Below, piece by piece: positions 56,721-64,000 of a stretch of 64,000 nucleotides of DNA (its first letter is position 1; the number at the start of each line of letters is the position of its first letter). The stretch covers positions 35,939 to 99,938 of IMG/VR virus record IMGVR_UViG_3300021519_000006; one strand, written 5' to 3'. Both the position numbers and the translations under genes were made by a program. The stretch is from a virus. The notes below the pieces were generated by a model that was not told the DNA's origin, searched no databases, and saw nothing but the letters and a program-made list of their open reading frames with translations.

Positions 56721-56908
56721 ATTCCGTCAAGATCTGGGTGAGCTAATGCGTATGTTAAACATGCACTTGTTAAAGGGCATTCATTGCAAACAGACTTTGC
56801 AGTAAGAACTGCGTTCCTGTTTTCATACTCTTCGGGAAAGAACAACTCCGGATCAACTTCGGCGCATAGCTGGCTTCCGTTAAATGGACTTAAATTGAGG
56901 AGATCCAT
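56657..56908 (-). CDS. whiB: WhiB-family transcription factor
   Basis: C.EVDPELFFP...CNECP...C...GIWG..TPRER. Confidence 0.9.
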   Translation of the reverse strand: MDLLNLSPFNGSQLCAEVDPELFFPEEYENRNAVLTAKSVCNECPLTSACLTYALAHPDLDGIWGATTPRERRNMRRRKKVSI

Positions 56909-58124
56909 ACTCTTCAAACTTCCCTTCTTCCCAGTCCCAAAGTAGATCGCTGGTTGCTGGTCCGCAGTTACGGCTAGCAACAATACGTAGTTCACGAGAA
57001 CTATCGTCGTCTTCATCTTGCTTTTGTAATCCAAGGATTACGTCTGAGTCTTGATAGAAAGAAGAGGAGTAACCAATGGCATCCGCGGATACTTGGCGCT
57101 TCTTCATCTTCCATAACAAAACTTGGGTAGAAACAACAATAGGAAGTTGCTTAGCCATAGCTAAGTGCTTCAGATTGCGAGTGATGCTTGTTAGTGCTTG
57201 TGGAGTATTTTGCTCTCCACTAACGTCGTCAGTCATAAGATAGACGCCGTCAATAAACACAATGTCTGGACGAATCTTTTCAATCTTTGCCGCTAGTCCA
57301 GTAACGGTCATTGCAGATATAGAATCAGTTAAATAAAACTTGTGCATCTGCTCCATCTCTTCCAAAGCTTTTATATAGCGGGCTTCTTCGTCCTTATTAA
57401 GGTTTCCACGAATAAGGCGTGAGTGAGCAATCTGAGCTCTCATAGAGTCATGGCGATGTTGTTGCTCCATGTTTGTCATTTCAAACGACTGAAACATAGG
57501 AACAAACCCATCCCGGTGAACATTTACTGCCATCTGCATTGCAAGGACTGACTTACCTGTTTTAGGTGGGGCAATGATTGTTACTAACTGTCCTGGTTGC
57601 AGTCCGGCAGTAGCTTCGTCAATAGTTTTAAATCCGGTTGCAAAACCAATCAAACCGTTGGGGCGAGTTTTTATATTTAAATACTCTTCAAAACGCTGTG
57701 TTGCATTCTCAGTCAAATCAATGTCTGTTGATTTAGATGGGCCATCATCTGCAATACGTGCAATGCCTTGGTTCATTGCTGCTAAAGCAGCGTTGTGATC
57801 TCCACTAGCAATTGCTTCTGCTGAAGTCTGTACAACATCAATAATGCTTTGGCGTTTACGATATTCAATTAATTGATCAAGAAGATACTCTGCTGAATCA
57901 TCTACTGCTAATAATCTGTAAGTTGGAAAATTATCTTTAACTGTTACTGCTGTTGGAACTTCTGCGTACTTAGTCCAATGCTGACGAAGAAATCTCCACA
58001 CCTGTCGGTTTTCATCTACAAAAAACCAATTGTCTTCTACACCGGCTTCAAGTAATGGGGCTATGTCACGAGTACGAATTGCTCTAGATAAAAGACGGAG
58101 TTCGTTATCTGCTGCCATTTGCAA
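56880..58124 (-). CDS. dnaB: DnaB-like replicative helicase
   Basis: TGF..ID..T.G.QPG, APPKTGKS, FEM, IDG, STQ, QDSD. Confidence 0.9.
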   Translation of the reverse strand: MQMAADNELRLLSRAIRTRDIAPLLEAGVEDNWFFVDENRQVWRFLRQHWTKYAEVPTAVTVKDNFPTYRLLAVDDSAEYLLDQLIEYRKRQSIIDVVQTSAEAIASGDHNAALAAMNQGIARIADDGPSKSTDIDLTENATQRFEEYLNIKTRPNGLIGFATGFKTIDEATAGLQPGQLVTIIAPPKTGKSVLAMQMAVNVHRDGFVPMFQSFEMTNMEQQHRHDSMRAQIAHSRLIRGNLNKDEEARYIKALEEMEQMHKFYLTDSISAMTVTGLAAKIEKIRPDIVFIDGVYLMTDDVSGEQNTPQALTSITRNLKHLAMAKQLPIVVSTQVLLWKMKKRQVSADAIGYSSSFYQDSDVILGLQKQDEDDDSSRELRIVASRNCGPATSDLLWDWEEGKFEEYGSPQFKSI

Positions 58125-58524
58125 TCGCCTCCATGTCTAAGTACCAAGATCCATAGCGTCCAGCTCTTGCTGGAATGTCTACAACATACTTTAATTCCGG
58201 TCGATATGGAAGTTCTGCAACTAGATCTGCCGGTACGTTATAAGAGTGTGCATAGTTAAACGGATTAGTCCCCAGGTTGTCAAGATCTGACAACACATCG
58301 TCCATATCCTTTTGTGAATAGTCGAACCCAACCAACTCTAGGGCGTAACCCTGCTTGTCTGCAAATCGCCAAAACAAAGATAAAGCTTGACGGTTATAGG
58401 TAACTTCTTCGCCAGTTACTGGAACACCTAATACTTTTTTGATTGTCGGTCTACGGGAAAGTACACAATCTAGTGTTACAGCAACTCGGAGAGGAACCTC
58501 ATTTGAGATGTCCCCTCCACGCAT
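58105..58524 (-). CDS. hypothetical protein
   Basis: coupled ORF, MRGGDISN start. Confidence 0.65.
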   Translation of the reverse strand: MRGGDISNEVPLRVAVTLDCVLSRRPTIKKVLGVPVTGEEVTYNRQALSLFWRFADKQGYALELVGFDYSQKDMDDVLSDLDNLGTNPFNYAHSYNVPADLVAELPYRPELKYVVDIPARAGRYGSWYLDMEAIANGSR

Positions 58525-58824
58525 TTATACAACCTCGATTTTGCCGTAATGAACTAAAAGCTCTCTAAATGCTTTTGGATCCTTGCTAGCAATGAGGCTG
58601 TCTACTTTTGAAGCACGATTAGAAATTTCTGTGGGATAAACGCCATTGTTAGCATTCATGCGTTGTTTTACAAAACGAGTGTGTTTGCAACTAAGGCGTG
58701 TGGCATAGCCACTGCACTTACAGCGAAGTCGATAGCTAGAAGCGCTAACTTCTACTTCAAAAACACCATTGTCAGAAAGAAAAATCTGAGTGGTTTGCCA
58801 ATCGTTTGTCATTGAGGTCCTCAT
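58525..58824 (-). CDS. SWIM Zn-finger protein
   Basis: CKC.......CKH. Confidence 0.7.
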   Translation of the reverse strand: MRTSMTNDWQTTQIFLSDNGVFEVEVSASSYRLRCKCSGYATRLSCKHTRFVKQRMNANNGVYPTEISNRASKVDSLIASKDPKAFRELLVHYGKIEVV

Positions 58825-59498
58825 CGTCGTCGGTCTCCTTGCTTAGCTATTATGGCAAGTGGAATGAAAGCTTCACGGGCAAAACTACCCATAGGTTCTC
58901 CATACACTGTGCCCCAGTTTTTGAGTGGAACGTTAGTTGTAACAATAGTGGGAAGACCCGCATTAAAGCGAGCTCGTAGCAAAGCGTCAAAAGTATTCTC
59001 AGCCCAACCGTTGGCAGTTCGGTACTCTTTGCCAAGATCGTCTAGAACAAATGTTCGAACGACGTTTTCCTTGGAAGCCTCTCCGTAAATCCCATTGATC
59101 ATAGTTTCGGTTACGTCGTCAAATTCAGACCATTGGGCCTTCTGAAGGCGTAGTAGCTTTGGATAGTCCATGAACATGCCTGGTCGCTTAGGAGTCAGAT
59201 CTGGAACTCCCCAACCAACCTTTGGCATAGTCATTAGAAGCTCCTGGAGGGCCACAGACGCAAGAGTAGTCTTGCCGTGACCTGGTTCCCCTACCAGCAT
59301 TAATCCTAGGCCACAGGTACGTTCTCCGGCAGCTTGGATGACTTTTCCAGACCGAACTAATTCGACCCAGTCCCTAACTTTGTCTAAAGATTCACTTGGC
59401 TCTAAATCATCAAATTGCCACCCAACGGTTTTCATTGGGAGACCTGCTGCATTGATCTGCGCCCGGATACTTCCGGGGAGTTCTGCAATGTTGTACAT
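58821..59498 (-). CDS. DnaC/IstB-like helicase loader ATPase
   Basis: GEPGHGKT, LDDLGKE, R.R....PTIVTTN. Confidence 0.85.
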   Translation of the reverse strand: MYNIAELPGSIRAQINAAGLPMKTVGWQFDDLEPSESLDKVRDWVELVRSGKVIQAAGERTCGLGLMLVGEPGHGKTTLASVALQELLMTMPKVGWGVPDLTPKRPGMFMDYPKLLRLQKAQWSEFDDVTETMINGIYGEASKENVVRTFVLDDLGKEYRTANGWAENTFDALLRARFNAGLPTIVTTNVPLKNWGTVYGEPMGSFAREAFIPLAIIAKQGDRRR

Positions 59499-60439
59499 CA
59501 GCCCTCCAGTAACTTAAGCATCTTTTCTTGGTGTGCCTTCATATCTTCGTCTTCGTAAACAGTTTCTGCAACTCGAGAAACAATTCCGTGGACAGATTGG
59601 TAGTAGGCAATAAAGCGACTATACAGAGGACTTCCAACTCCTGCATCTCTGGTAAGTCGTGGATCCGCAAAAAACATCCGGATTGCTTTTAGTAAAGCTA
59701 GGCGAGTAACGCCCTCACCAACCATCTTGTTCATCCAAGTAGTCAAATGCTTACCGTTAACTTGGCTAGGTGCGCCATGGTCTGCGTCGCGGTTTAAATC
59801 GTAGAACTCTGCAACAAGGTCTGATGTAGTCCATTGATCTTCAGGGCGTTCGCTACGGCGCATTGATTCGGGAACAGCCATGAACTTGTTTTTCTTGTAC
59901 TTCTTGTTTCGAAGGGCTGTTTTATCTTCAACCTTACCGACAGCGCCTGGAGTGGCGTCGGATTCTTCTTGAACTCGAAAACTGTATTTTTTGCGTTCAG
60001 GTTGCTCTTCATCAAAAGTGGGCCAAGTCATTACGGTACCTTTCTTCTCAAGGGGCTCCGCCCCTATAGATACAGTTACGTTAGTAACTGTATCTATATT
60101 AGAGCTATTAGCTGTACTAGTACTATTGTCTATAGCTATAGTACTAACAGTGGACAGAACACTCGTATTTGGAGTGTCGGCTTCAGTTACATATAAGTTT
60201 AGTTTTGGGTCAGAAAATTTAAGAAAGGTATTCCATTGCCCGGCGTTTTGCTGGAATCGGACGGCCTTAATATAGTGACTGTCTTTCAATTCTTTCATTG
60301 CTTTTGTCATAGCGTATTTACTTTCGGGGTGCGCAGCAGACATCTCGTCTACAGATGCAACACGACCGATTTCCAAAAAAAATGCGTATAGCCCTTTTGC
60401 AGCTAACGACAAACTTGGATCTGAGATTGGTGACCTCAT
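59498..60439 (-). CDS. replication initiator (N-terminal wHTH)
   Basis: LSL.AKGLY...KEL....YI; directly upstream of DnaC-like gene; internal AT-rich palindromes. Confidence 0.65.
   Translation of the reverse strand: MRSPISDPSLSLAAKGLYAFFLEIGRVASVDEMSAAHPESKYAMTKAMKELKDSHYIKAVRFQQNAGQWNTFLKFSDPKLNLYVTEADTPNTSVLSTVSTIAIDNSTSTANSSNIDTVTNVTVSIGAEPLEKKGTVMTWPTFDEEQPERKKYSFRVQEESDATPGAVGKVEDKTALRNKKYKKNKFMAVPESMRRSERPEDQWTTSDLVAEFYDLNRDADHGAPSQVNGKHLTTWMNKMVGEGVTRLALLKAIRMFFADPRLTRDAGVGSPLYSRFIAYYQSVHGIVSRVAETVYEDEDMKAHQEKMLKLLEG
60065..60146. other. candidate replication origin inside initiator gene
   Basis: perfect 15-bp inverted repeat 60065-60098 and 9-bp inverted repeat 60118-60146, AT-rich. 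Confidence 0.5.
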
Positions 60440-60466
60440 AGTTCCTCCTTCTAAGGGAGGCTTACT

Positions 60467-60742
60467 CTATAGCGGAGGAATTCGTTTTGGCAAACCGAGT
60501 TCTTCGCGTCGGGTTCTGCCGGTAAACAAGGTCTCAACAACTACAGAGACCGTAAGGGCTAAAAAGGTTGATGCAAAGATATAAAAGACCTGGTCCCAGT
60601 CAAACGGGCGCATAACTAAGCAGCCAACTGTGGACATAATTAAAGCAATTAAGCCTTTAAGCTTATCTAAAGGCATTAATAGTTCTTCAACTGCCGTTAT
60701 TACAAACGCAGCTGACATAGCCACCACAAATAGGGTTGTCAT
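60467..60742 (-). CDS. small multi-TM membrane protein
   Basis: three hydrophobic segments. Confidence 0.65.
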   Translation of the reverse strand: MTTLFVVAMSAAFVITAVEELLMPLDKLKGLIALIMSTVGCLVMRPFDWDQVFYIFASTFLALTVSVVVETLFTGRTRREELGLPKRIPPL

Positions 60743-60753
60743 AGCTCCAGAAC

Positions 60754-63700
60754 CTACTCCCTAAATAAAACCTTGTCAATATGGAAAGTACGACCAATTC
60801 CAGGAAAGTCTGGGGTTGAAAAAACTTCAATAACTGCCGTATACATGCCCGTAGATAAAAACACTGCCGTAGTAGTAATTTCAGTTTCTGGCTCGTCTCC
60901 CCCAGCAAAATCAAACGAAAAGGTAGAGTCAGTTATGCTTGAGATAGTATATGAGCCTCCACCTAAAGTGTACGGAAACGTAGATACTGTTCCCGCAACG
61001 GTACCTAAAGTTATTACTTCACCTGTAGACAACCCATGTGGGGCAGAAGTTGTTATGGTAGCTGTACCTGAAGATACTGACGCAGAAATAACACTTACAG
61101 TTTTAGACCCTGCGGCAACAATTTGAAGGTGAGCCCAACGATCGTGTCGTTGAAGGTCTACTGACGTCTCTTTGTAATACAAAAAGTCATTATTTTCGTC
61201 ATACCAGTTTATACGCATAGTATAAAGACCATAAGCATCTTCATTTTCAGGCCTAATAGCAGAAGTTACGTAATAACCAATACCTGCGGATACGTCAATT
61301 GAATTAGTTTTTATACCAAAAGATCCAGAAACAGTAGCGGACACCTTGCAGTATGCACTGCCATGTGTTTGGTTATCATCAAATAAAGTTCCACGAGTTA
61401 TTGTTTTAGTTAACGTAGATGAAGACGAAACCCAACCTTCTAAACCTTCTTCAAAAGAAGGTGAAATTAATAAATTTTTAAGGGTGGTTTCTTTAAATCC
61501 AGCATAATTTGGTGGAGTTCCTATTTGCCACGAAGTACCAATAGGTAAAATAGAAGGAAGTGTTACAGAGAGGCGCGTAAGTTTAGCCGCGTATCTATTT
61601 GAATAGTAACTTGTACTAGAATGGGTTAATTCAGTATGCGAGTAGTAAATATTTTTAGTTGCGTCCGCAGGATTTAAATCTGTTGTAGTAGTAATAGAAG
61701 TTACGTCAATGTAAGGGGTAGGAATTCTTCCGTATTCAGCTTGAACTCCGTCTACATAGAATACTGCTGCAGAAATAGTTCCGGTGTTTAAAGAAATAGT
61801 TAATGTAAACTGGGTTTCACCAACCGTATCGATTCTAGTTACATCTAGTCGTGTCCATTGATCTTTATTTGCTTCTGATACAACAAATGTATTTACTGTT
61901 TGTCCTGTAGTACCTATTGAATACGTGCCCGCTTTGTTTTTTACATAGGCCGAAATAACTATATTTCTACCGCCTACGGACGTTCCACTAGGTAAAACGA
62001 CTACGGTAGAAATTTCTCCACCACCGGTTTTAGATACTTTTGCTGATTTTGAGCCGTAAAGCGCAAAATCTGTAGATGCAGTTAAAGTAGTCCCTGAACC
62101 AGCAGTCCAGTTGGTTGTATCAGTAAATTGAGGGTTAGAAACAAAGTTTAATTGATGTCGTTTTTCCCAACGACAGTCGGAAGGGTAATAAACTTGCGCT
62201 GTATTTGGGTCTACAGGTTCAGGTCCTCCATTTCCTTGAAAGTAATCTTGAATACTAGGAAATGGGGCCAACATTGCAGAATCAACGTAAAAAACATCAC
62301 CAGCTACTGCATCTGGAAAATAAATAGAAACTTTAACTAGTGGGGAGCCGTAATCCGGGGTAAACGCGGAAGAAACTAAAGACACATTTAAACGTTGCGC
62401 ATTAGCGGTTAGTATAAACTCTTCAGAATCTATATAGTAAGGAGTTGGATCATAATAAAAAGAACCGTCAACTTCATCGGTGTTTATTTTAGACTGTTCG
62501 TAATCTGTTGCTGGGGATGAAAATTCAATTCTGGCTATAGCTGTTCTTCCCACAGCTCCGCTAACATATGCGGTAAAAGTATGCGGCGTACTTTCGTAAG
62601 TTGTTAGCCAATCAGATACTAAAGCAATAGTCCCCGTAGTTGTTGCTTTAAGTTTTGCTACAGAGGTGCCATAAACTAAAGAGCCAGTTGGAGGGTTGAA
62701 CTCTTGAACTAATTCCGCGTTTAATGGTCTCCACCAACCTGTTCCGTTTTCAAATCCTGGATTAGGTATAATATTTTCTAAATCTGCTTCAATGTTGACA
62801 TTAACTAAACGGGCGTCTTGGTATTCTAGCGCGGGTAGCACACCGTAGGGAGCTATGTCATCCGAGCTACTAATTTTAAATTCAAGAAAATCAAGCAAAT
62901 ATTTATTAGCTGAACTTGTTGGATCAATAATTATGTTTATTTTTGCGTAAGTTGCGTTATCCGGGGCTACTTGACCATTTTGAATAAAATCTGATTTTGA
63001 TCTAAATTCTTGCCAAGAAATAGTTGTTGTTACCGCTGTGTCTGGCAAAGTTGTAGAAATTAAAGTTCCTGTAAGGTCATACCAGGAAATTGTCGCTACT
63101 ACAGTACCAGCAGTTGCTACGTGTCTTATTTGTCCTTTTACAATATATCTACGACCTGCTTTTACAGGTATTCCTTTTGTTATAACTTTTGTGTTTGGCA
63201 AAGTAAGGGTAACAATAGATCCGCTTGTAGAAGTAACTAATCCACAGGCAGTATCTCTTGGGGGAAAATCTAAATCATATAATTTTGGCGTTGGAGCAAA
63301 TACTGATACGCCAAGCGTAGAAGTTGCGGTTAAATAAGGTTGCCTAATTAATGTACCACCACTAATAGACCAATTTCCAATAGACTCTTCAAAAGAAGAG
63401 TCATTATAATTAAGCATGAGATTAGATCCAATTGCAACTTCGCTTGGCCAGTGCGTTAAAGCGGTTGTATACGCAGTAATTCCAAGTGTTGTGCCTTTTA
63501 AAGCATTTACAATATGCCCCACTTTATATAAAGATCGGTGGTAAATGTCTCCAAGAGAAGGTTCGTATAAAAATCCAAGTTCAGTTACTTTCTTTTCAAG
63601 TAATACTGTTGGAGTTCTAGCTGGATCTACGGAATCCTCTAATAAAGACGCTTGTACTTTAAGTTTGTCGTATTCAAAAGAATAAGCGTCAATTGTTGTA

Positions 63701-63999
63701 GTTAAGTCTGAACTTTCAGACTCACCAATAGCATCACCAATACCATAGTTTTCGTTTAACCATACTGCTGGCAACCAACGTTTAAAAGTTGTTTGAGTAG
63801 AAGTTTGTGAAACAACGTTTACGGTTACTCCGCCAGTGTTTATCCACTCTGCTCCGTTGTAGACCCAAATAGTATAGGTAGCCTCCGCATTGTCCAACAA
63901 CGCAGTGTCTGTATCAATATAAGTTAATCTATAGTTAGAAATAGTGTCTGAGTCTAAAACCGTTCCGCTATACGGAGAGTCTGGAAGACCTACAAAACT
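60754..63999 (-). CDS. tail/baseplate protein with four CBM-like repeats (5' partial)
   Basis: frame open to window edge; KGT..G motif like phage tail protein I; four N(L/I/F)..N..F(E)....W repeats. Confidence 0.75.
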   Translation of the reverse strand, partial: SFVGLPDSPYSGTVLDSDTISNYRLTYIDTDTALLDNAEATYTIWVYNGAEWINTGGVTVNVVSQTSTQTTFKRWLPAVWLNENYGIGDAIGESESSDLTTTIDAYSFEYDKLKVQASLLEDSVDPARTPTVLLEKKVTELGFLYEPSLGDIYHRSLYKVGHIVNALKGTTLGITAYTTALTHWPSEVAIGSNLMLNYNDSSFEESIGNWSISGGTLIRQPYLTATSTLGVSVFAPTPKLYDLDFPPRDTACGLVTSTSGSIVTLTLPNTKVITKGIPVKAGRRYIVKGQIRHVATAGTVVATISWYDLTGTLISTTLPDTAVTTTISWQEFRSKSDFIQNGQVAPDNATYAKINIIIDPTSSANKYLLDFLEFKISSSDDIAPYGVLPALEYQDARLVNVNIEADLENIIPNPGFENGTGWWRPLNAELVQEFNPPTGSLVYGTSVAKLKATTTGTIALVSDWLTTYESTPHTFTAYVSGAVGRTAIARIEFSSPATDYEQSKINTDEVDGSFYYDPTPYYIDSEEFILTANAQRLNVSLVSSAFTPDYGSPLVKVSIYFPDAVAGDVFYVDSAMLAPFPSIQDYFQGNGGPEPVDPNTAQVYYPSDCRWEKRHQLNFVSNPQFTDTTNWTAGSGTTLTASTDFALYGSKSAKVSKTGGGEISTVVVLPSGTSVGGRNIVISAYVKNKAGTYSIGTTGQTVNTFVVSEANKDQWTRLDVTRIDTVGETQFTLTISLNTGTISAAVFYVDGVQAEYGRIPTPYIDVTSITTTTDLNPADATKNIYYSHTELTHSSTSYYSNRYAAKLTRLSVTLPSILPIGTSWQIGTPPNYAGFKETTLKNLLISPSFEEGLEGWVSSSSTLTKTITRGTLFDDNQTHGSAYCKVSATVSGSFGIKTNSIDVSAGIGYYVTSAIRPENEDAYGLYTMRINWYDENNDFLYYKETSVDLQRHDRWAHLQIVAAGSKTVSVISASVSSGTATITTSAPHGLSTGEVITLGTVAGTVSTFPYTLGGGSYTISSITDSTFSFDFAGGDEPETEITTTAVFLSTGMYTAVIEVFSTPDFPGIGRTFHIDKVLFRE

Positions 64000-64000
64000 T

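Noticed and set aside
26820-58124. Inteins or introns in RNR, PolA, RecA, DnaB or SNF2
   Set aside because: ORFs are continuous, of ordinary length, and show no intein terminal or LAGLIDADG motifs.
1-64000. Stop-codon reassignment
   Set aside because: Core genes are intact under the standard code, and TAA, TAG and TGA all terminate genes.

Overview
This window is 64 kb of a large tailed dsDNA phage genome. The host is very likely actinobacterial (three WhiB genes, two DUF4192-like genes, an FmdB-type Zn ribbon, PASTA proteins). The moderate GC content, judged by eye, would fit a low-GC freshwater lineage, but that is inference. Layout: (1) 1-12.3 kb, mostly leftward: terminase, a rightward secreted transglycosylase, small basic proteins, three PASTA paralogues, a proteasome/HslV-like protease and KTSC. 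(2) 12.35-26.6 kb, rightward early/host-takeover region of small genes, WhiB, MoxR AAA+ with VWA, and HicA-like. (3) 26.6-37.9 kb, leftward: class II RNR, degenerate TGT-like and HAD-like proteins, SNase, Pol-beta-type nucleotidyltransferase, thioredoxin. (4) 38-41.5 kb, rightward surface-protein/membrane/CHAP lysis cassette. (5) 41.5-64 kb, leftward replication block (SpoVS, resolvases, dNMP kinase, Cas4-like nuclease, RecA, PolA, tRNA-Asn, Hsp20, SNF2, primase, DnaB, DnaC-like, initiator) ending in a partial tail/baseplate gene. The most novel signal is a non-coding layer in the early region. Three long-stem cassettes, each with one A-C mismatch and an alternative downstream hairpin, enclose 72-, 150- and 231-nt folded RNAs. 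A CCAACACAAAC motif recurs about every 1 kb in all reading frames, and there is a tRNA-like minihelix and a pseudoknot. All family calls come from motif recognition by eye; no database searches were run.
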